From: a virus
Taxonomy: Duplodnaviria; Caudoviricetes
DNA: 64,000 nt
Virus record (IMG/VR): IMGVR_UViG_2883068021_000001
Location: 20,620-84,619 of that record
Reading direction: 5' to 3' (one strand)
Every line of letters starts with the position of its first letter. Positions within the stretch are counted from its first letter, which is position 1. Below the pieces are notes generated by a model. The model saw only the letters and a list, made by a program, of their open reading frames with translations, did no database searches and had not been told where the DNA came from. The position numbers were made by a program, and so were the translations under genes. Of this stretch, positions 58,649 to 64,000 are shown in pieces.

Positions 58649-59691
58649 CTTTGGCGATCCCGGCCTGCATTTCCGCATCTGGTCAGAACCTGGTCGTCAA
58701 CGGCAATTTAGAATCCGTCAATATCTGCGAGGTTCAATCTCCGTGCGCGCCAGCCGGCTGGTATACTTCCTTCGATATCGACTGGGCTTATCAACGTATA
58801 AAACATTTGAGCCGGGGCAACGGCGCGCATTGCATTTTCCTGTATGCCGGACCAGATAAGTTCGTTTACTGGCAGAGCGAGCTGATCTTCCCGCTCGAAG
58901 CCGGCCAGACCTACACGCTCGAATATTACGTCGGCCTCAGCGACGCCGGGTCTTCCGTAAACGACATCTCTTTCGCCTTCGCCGGTCAGCGGGAACATAT
59001 GCTGGGCACCGGCCCGCGGACGCTCCGGCCGCCAGCCGCCGCGAAGATGACCGTGGGCAGGCGGGAGAAAGGTGGGTGGACGAAAATATCTGTCCGCTTC
59101 GAAGCCGCCGGCAACGAGCGCTGGCTCATACTGGGGGCGCCTGGTAAGGGGGAGGCGGCTCCCGTAGCGTCTAACCCCATCTTTGCGGTAGACGATGTAT
59201 CGCTCACGCCTGCCGGCAAAATCAGGCTGACGCCCGAAGAATTGCAGACGAGGGCGCGTGCGCTCACATCGAACCGGTTGCGGCACGAGTTGCGGCCGCG
59301 GAAAAATGCTCCTGCAGACACGCCCGTCATAGCCGCCGCACCGCCGCCAGATACGATCCGCATCCCCGACATTTACTTCTCCACAGACAGCTTCCGGATC
59401 GAAAAGCCCGGCGACTTCCAGGTGTTGCGGGAAACGGCGGCGCGTATCGTCGCAAAAGGGTACAAGGCCGTGATCGTAAACGGTTACGCGGACATTACAG
59501 GCTCTCAACAGCACAACCTCGTTCTGTCCGGCAAAAGGGCCGCATCCATCCGGGAATACCTCATACAGTGCGGCATCGATCAGCAGAAGATCTCCGCCGC
59601 AGCCATGGGCGCCGACACGGCTGCCGCCGCGGAACTGAGCAAAGGCAGGCGGGTCGATATCGTGGTGGTGCCCTTGGCAGACGGTGATTAA
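58627..59691 (+). CDS. OmpA-family protein with N-terminal carbohydrate-binding-like domain
   Basis: Signal peptide; NLVVNGNLE; GYADITGSQQHNLVLSGKRA...GRRVDI. Confidence 0.85.
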   Translation: MRFTLLIALAIPACISASGQNLVVNGNLESVNICEVQSPCAPAGWYTSFDIDWAYQRIKHLSRGNGAHCIFLYAGPDKFVYWQSELIFPLEAGQTYTLEYYVGLSDAGSSVNDISFAFAGQREHMLGTGPRTLRPPAAAKMTVGRREKGGWTKISVRFEAAGNERWLILGAPGKGEAAPVASNPIFAVDDVSLTPAGKIRLTPEELQTRARALTSNRLRHELRPRKNAPADTPVIAAAPPPDTIRIPDIYFSTDSFRIEKPGDFQVLRETAARIVAKGYKAVIVNGYADITGSQQHNLVLSGKRAASIREYLIQCGIDQQKISAAAMGADTAAAAELSKGRRVDIVVVPLADGD

Positions 59692-59713
59692 CGCCTCTGG
59701 CCGGAACATTTTA

Positions 59714-59999
59714 CGCCTACATCCGGAATCTTCTCTTTCACCGCATAAGAAATAATGTCCTCCTCCATTCGCAGCATAGAGGTCAGCCGTCCGCCCAATT
59801 CAGCGGCTCTGCCATACCGGGCCGGTAGATCGGGCATTACCCGGAGGAATTTCCGGTTCTAGCATATGGGAGGGATGGCGATTTTCGTATTCAGCAGCAA
59901 CTTTTTGTTGTCGGCGCCACAATACTGGACGAAGACCAGCCCCGTGCCATCCCGACGTACCTTGTTCTTTGGGCAAATCGGTTTGATTGGTAACAACAT
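59714..59999 (-). pseudogene. Tyrosine integrase 5' remnant
   Basis: MLLPIKPICPKNKVRRDGTGLVFVQYCGADNKKLLLNTKIAIPPIC* (TAG where the 41-kb copy has TGG); 59714-59927 is homologous to 40959-41172. Confidence 0.85.
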
Positions 60000-60152
60000 A
60001 GTTTAGTCGATTTTTTAGTCGAGTTCAATGTTGTCAACCTCAATAGAGGTACTACGTAAGAAATGAGATCGGTGTTGTAGAATGTTGAAAATCAACACTG
60101 TTAAAATGGCTTATGTAAGCCCGTGCATACTTCGATTTAATACCCGTGGGTT

Positions 60153-60165
60153 CGTCCAGTCCGCA
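60153..60165 (+). other. Degenerate tRNA-Asp 3' core (attR-like)
   Basis: CGTCCAGTCCGCA vs tRNA end CGTCCGGTCCGCA (12/13); TAGTCGA arm repeats at ~60004-60024. Confidence 0.6.
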
Positions 60166-60717
60166 AAAGGTAAAAAAGTGTCGTTTTTAACCACTTTTTA
60201 CTTCTTTCTTAATAGCTCTCTTTATCAATAATTTAGCTCTTGTTAGATAGGTATTGCTCCTGTGAAAAACCGACTACCCTCATAAAATTCTGCCTGAAGT
60301 GATGGACCTATCGCACTCGATTATGACGCGAGAAAACAGGCCCCGTGAATTTTCTACGTATAAGTTTCGGAATTTGGAAGAATATTATGCCCATATGGAT
60401 AAGCTAGGGCTGGGCAGCAAATTCACCACCATCAAATTGCTGATATCAACCACACCTCCAGACTGCTTCGAAATGAAAGTAGAAGGTGTGTTTATGTCCC
60501 AGGCTTGCTAGGAAGGTTATGAGCGTTCAGGACTGATCGGCCTAGAGAAAAATAAACGAGAAATCGAATGGGTAGAATAGCTCGCAGCATGATAAACGTG
60601 ATTTTAGATTAAAGAGACCGCCACAATCTGGTCTCCTTGACTATCTGAAGGATGGAAATGTATAAACGATTGATACAGAAGTATATGGTCTATTCTTTTA
60701 TTTGAATTCAAACTCAA

Positions 60718-60808
60718 AAGTTCGATAATCGTCCCTCCCAGCCCGCACGATTTAGAAGAGACCCGCGCTTGTCGCGGGTTTTCTGTTTGTAGTCGGGTAT
60801 TTAGTCAA
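60718..60808 (+). repeat. att-like repeat copy 5
   Basis: aagttcgataatcgtccctcccagcccgcacgatttagaagagacccgcgcttgtcgcgggttttctgtttgtagtcgggtatttagtcaa. Confidence 0.92.
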
Positions 60809-60976
60809 GCTTATCCTCCTTTTAATCGATCCTTTCTAAAGATGATTCCAAATTCGTTTAAAAAAGGCCATTGAATGACGTCCGGGCCGTGCCTTTTGCT
60901 TTCCGGACCTACAAGAAAAAAGGTGCCAAAACTGGCACCTACCACATCATATCCCTATTGTCACAGCTCCATTAAA

Positions 60977-61243
60977 TTAAAAGCATTCGGGCAAGGCCAA
61001 TAAATTATCGTTCCATTTACCGTCTGCGTAAGTTCTCAGATATTTCCCGTTGGGGCCTTCCACCACGCCAACCTCTCCCCTGTTCCCGCGCACCAGCGTA
61101 TAAAAGGAGTGCGTACCGTCTTTGATATGCGCTATCGCATCTTCCCTTTTCAGCTTCCATGAATGACCGCCAACATGCGTGATGCCATCATAGGGGTTGT
61201 CGCGCGGCGTTTTGTTAATGCAGGTAATCTGAAGATCAGCCAT
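60977..61243 (-). CDS. DUF3892 domain protein
   Basis: ITCINK...ITHVGG...YLRTYADGKWNDNLLALPEC. Confidence 0.88.
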   Translation of the reverse strand: MADLQITCINKTPRDNPYDGITHVGGHSWKLKREDAIAHIKDGTHSFYTLVRGNRGEVGVVEGPNGKYLRTYADGKWNDNLLALPECF

Positions 61244-61297
61244 AAATTGAATTTTTAGTAGTTATGATGAAATGATTGTACATGCCTTCCATTTGAA

Positions 61298-62392
61298 CTA
61301 TCCGTTCGTCGCCATCTGTACGCGGTCCATATCGTACCACTCTACCGTTTTATGCAACGCTTCCCCGAACATGAAAATATCGTCTACCGTAACGATCTCG
61401 GTCTTCGTTTCCTTCTTCTGTTCGTCGAATGTGCCGATATACTTTCGGGAGCCATGCAAATACAGTCGGCAGATCGTTTTTCGGTTGTTATCGTCCAGCA
61501 GAATGGCAAAATAGGATTGCGCATCGCGGTGCGCTACTCTTGACGGACTAATACGCTGCCGAAGGATGGTCTTTACGATCATGTACGCTTCAAGCTCATC
61601 GTCGGTCGTTTCAATCAAAGCACCTTTCTCCCCGGCGATATCCGTCGTTTCCTTATCCGGAACTGTCTGATCCGGCCCATTTTCCTTCTTCAGGGCAGAG
61701 GTGAGCCTTTCGGTGATCAGGTCGTTGATAAATTGTTGGATCGACCTCCTGGTGAGCCCGCCGAGTTGCTCGACAACTTTGGAAGTCAACATTCCCCGAT
61801 AAATCTGCTTCGCAAATAATTTGACAAGTCCCTCTGATGGGTTCTGGAACTCTCCGGCCAGCAGGATCTTCAATTCATTCATGTACTTCAGGTCGCTGGC
61901 CGTTGTCTGAATACTTTCGATGTTGAAATACGACTTGTGGAATTTCTTCAGTTCTTCGACCTGATTGTCTTTGATGTCCGTCACATTGAACTCGAAGAAT
62001 GGCTTTTCATCCATTTTGTTTGGTTCAACGAGGTCAGTATAAAACCGGTATACGATCCCGTTCGACAATAGCCCGAACTTGGCCTTCGTTGTATGGAAGT
62101 ATCGGAAAAGCTGGGAATTATGCGGATCCAGGTTCTCGCCCCAATGCTTGCATTCGATGAGAATGGAAGGCTGGCCTTCTTTCAGGATAGCATAGTCTAC
62201 CTTTTCTCCTTTCTTTATCCCAATATCCGCGATAAACTCCGGCATCACTTCGAAGGGATCGAATACATCATAACCCAACACCTTGATAAAAGGCATGATG
62301 AAAGCGTTTTTCGTGGCTTCCTCTGTTTGAATCTGGGATTTCAGCTTTTCGACCTTATCTCCGAAAAGCTTGATTTCATCTTTAAAATCCAT
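61298..62392 (-). CDS. HsdR N-terminal-like PD-(D/E)xK restriction-endonuclease-domain protein
   Basis: EEATKNAFIMPFIKVLGYDVFDP.EV.PEF...KKGEKVDYAI...IECK...QLFRYF...LSNG; no helicase domain. Confidence 0.88.
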   Translation of the reverse strand: MDFKDEIKLFGDKVEKLKSQIQTEEATKNAFIMPFIKVLGYDVFDPFEVMPEFIADIGIKKGEKVDYAILKEGQPSILIECKHWGENLDPHNSQLFRYFHTTKAKFGLLSNGIVYRFYTDLVEPNKMDEKPFFEFNVTDIKDNQVEELKKFHKSYFNIESIQTTASDLKYMNELKILLAGEFQNPSEGLVKLFAKQIYRGMLTSKVVEQLGGLTRRSIQQFINDLITERLTSALKKENGPDQTVPDKETTDIAGEKGALIETTDDELEAYMIVKTILRQRISPSRVAHRDAQSYFAILLDDNNRKTICRLYLHGSRKYIGTFDEQKKETKTEIVTVDDIFMFGEALHKTVEWYDMDRVQMATNG

Positions 62393-62430
62393 GGAATACT
62401 TTAATTATAGGTGTGTAATAAATCAGGCCG

Positions 62431-63423
62431 CTACTCAAACCCCTTTCCCAAGGCATCTAGCCTCCGCATCTGGATGTTCATATGATGCAGCACGGCTTTT
62501 TCATAATCGTTGGACTTATCCCCCATTTTACTGAACAACACCAGCATCTCGATAAACAGGAAAAAAAGGATCCATAGGAACCAAAAACCCAAGGCCACAT
62601 AGGAAGCCGAAAGCATCCGCGCCATGATTGTCAGTTCATCCAGGAAACCGGTACTTTCCCTCATCTCCCTTTCCAATGCGGGCTTCATATGCAGCAGCTC
62701 GTTTTCCTTCAGGGACCGTTGCTGGCGTATAGAACCGATCGTGGAATCCAGCGCACGCGTGAGTTCGATCTTGGGGTTCGGCACCAATGTCGTCGAAACG
62801 CTACCTTCGTTTACCCTCGTTAGAATCGTAGTATCTTTTCCGGATAAAGTAACAGTATGCACGGGCACGGTCCTCACCGCCGAACTGGATGATGTAACGG
62901 ATATGGTGGGGCGCTTGGTGATTTCTTCTACATAACTTTCCCTTTCTATTTCCTTCCGGGCGATCACCGTGTCAATGGCTGCGATCTGTCTCCTCAATTC
63001 ACCTGTCCTCGAAGGCAAAATTTTATCCACCTTCTCGGAAACGTAGGAGATTTTCTCTATCTCGATATCCTTCTCGAACAGTATCTGGTCGATGATTACA
63101 GCGCCAAGGATAGACATCATGAATGCCAGGCACCCCCTGAAAAATAGCAGCAATCGATTGGGATTGATGGATAATACGATTTGCTTCTCCACTTGTACAA
63201 TGATCACCATCGACAGTAAACCTGCCAGTAAACAGCCTGGCAGCCCCAGCGACAAATAACGGTGCGCAAAAGTAAACCCGATAAAAAACCAGAGGATACA
63301 AACGATCAGCATCGCCGCCGTATACTTTTTCACAGACTTAAAAGCCCCTTCGCTGCAGTTCCTGAGAATGCCGTAGTTGTACCCGGTCATGAAGCAGCCG
63401 AAGCGAATCCATATATGTCTCAT
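62431..63423 (-). CDS. DUF4407 membrane/coiled-coil protein
   Basis: CFMTGYNYGIL..CSE.A; N-terminal TMs, long coiled coil, C-terminal TM. Confidence 0.8.
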   Translation of the reverse strand: MRHIWIRFGCFMTGYNYGILRNCSEGAFKSVKKYTAAMLIVCILWFFIGFTFAHRYLSLGLPGCLLAGLLSMVIIVQVEKQIVLSINPNRLLLFFRGCLAFMMSILGAVIIDQILFEKDIEIEKISYVSEKVDKILPSRTGELRRQIAAIDTVIARKEIERESYVEEITKRPTISVTSSSSAVRTVPVHTVTLSGKDTTILTRVNEGSVSTTLVPNPKIELTRALDSTIGSIRQQRSLKENELLHMKPALEREMRESTGFLDELTIMARMLSASYVALGFWFLWILFFLFIEMLVLFSKMGDKSNDYEKAVLHHMNIQMRRLDALGKGFE

Positions 63424-63433
63424 AACGCTTGAT

Positions 63434-64000
63434 TTAAAAGTTCTTATTCAGGATCATATGGCTTGAAATAGCGGCCAGTCCATTTCGAAACCCTCTGGTA
63501 TAGCTAATGACGATCCCATGCCCCACGCCTTCGTTCCGCTTCGCCTGCTCTTCAATCTCCTTCACCTGGCCAATATGGCTTTCGGCGATCTCCCTCTTTA
63601 CCGTTAGCTCCTCCACCGTATCTATCATTCCGCTTCGGCTTCTGCTCGTGATGTGGAAATCGATCTGCCGGATAAAGTCTTCGTAAAACGTCTTTACTTT
63701 CCTGATAGATCGTTCAAGGTCATTCTTCAGTGCAGTCACGTTTTGGTCCAGATGCGTGGTGTCGGGATTGATAAGTGCATCGTTGTAACCTTTCGTTTCG
63801 AAATTCCTGTCGAGGAATTCATACAGCAAATGGATCCCACCGCTCTGCTGCGTAGTTGTTTTTTCCTCAGCCGGCTCTTTTCCGGGTGCTTCCATTTCCA
63901 CAAACGTGGATTCCGGAATATCGGGGATAACGCTTTCTATCGCCAAAGCATGACTATGGCCGTTCGGGCGCTGCCGATTGAAAATATTGAATAAGCCCAT
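63434..64000 (-). CDS. Conserved hypothetical protein (helical, precedes DUF4407)
   Basis: 188 aa starting at the window edge; GYNDAL..PD...SYTRGFRNG. Confidence 0.75.
   Translation of the reverse strand: MGLFNIFNRQRPNGHSHALAIESVIPDIPESTFVEMEAPGKEPAEEKTTTQQSGGIHLLYEFLDRNFETKGYNDALINPDTTHLDQNVTALKNDLERSIRKVKTFYEDFIRQIDFHITSRSRSGMIDTVEELTVKREIAESHIGQVKEIEEQAKRNEGVGHGIVISYTRGFRNGLAAISSHMILNKNF

Larger units (their letters stand above)
32105..60808. mobile_element. Composite island / cassette array at the tRNA-Asp 3' end
   Basis: Five att-like repeats, two integrase remnants, a mob module, and defence/toxin cargo with mixed base composition. Confidence 0.8.

Noticed and set aside
58708-59709. 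333-aa minus-strand ORF
   Set aside because: Antisense shadow of the OmpA gene.
60299-60511. 70-aa ORF between the attR-like core and repeat copy 5
   Set aside because: No recognisable motif or partner gene, so it cannot be supported as coding.
32102-60808. The five repeats as a CRISPR array
   Set aside because: Repeats are 90-130 bp, spacing is 0.6-11 kb with whole genes in between, and there are no cas genes.

Overview
This is accessory DNA from a Bacteroidetes genome, probably Chitinophagaceae-like (inferred from the TAnnTTTG promoter and the gene families). It has four blocks. (1) 1-15.4 kb is the right end of a prophage: small terminase, a SNF2/VRR-NUC/VapE/PolA/DUF2815/DUF2800 replication module, an iteron cluster that looks like the origin, a cro/cI-like switch with four operator-like 19-mers, and two envelope morons. 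It ends at a tRNA-Ser-like 3' fragment. (2) 15.4-28.8 kb is an integrase island flanked by an exact 59-bp direct repeat. It carries an unusual exonuclease-less PolA-like protein, a RloC-like ATPase/HEPN protein, a Schlafen/AlbA_2 protein and DUF3871. (3) 29-32.1 kb is a short stretch of probably core DNA with YegP, GyrI-like, GluQ-like and tRNA-Asp(GTC) genes. (4) 32.1-60.8 kb is an array downstream of tRNA-Asp, cut into four units (about 10.9, 8.8, 0.6 and 8.3 kb) by five copies of a ~90-130 bp att-like repeat. The cargo includes an Abi-P2-like reverse transcriptase, a mob module, a HEPN protein, an intact RHS toxin with its immunity gene, a dead RHS toxin with intact immunity, a single-gene cassette and two broken integrases. 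The window ends with a four-gene operon (hypothetical, DUF4407, HsdR_N-like, DUF3892). The strongest candidates for new biology are the tRNA-Asp cassette array and the PolA-like island protein. All family assignments come from motif recognition; no database searches were run.
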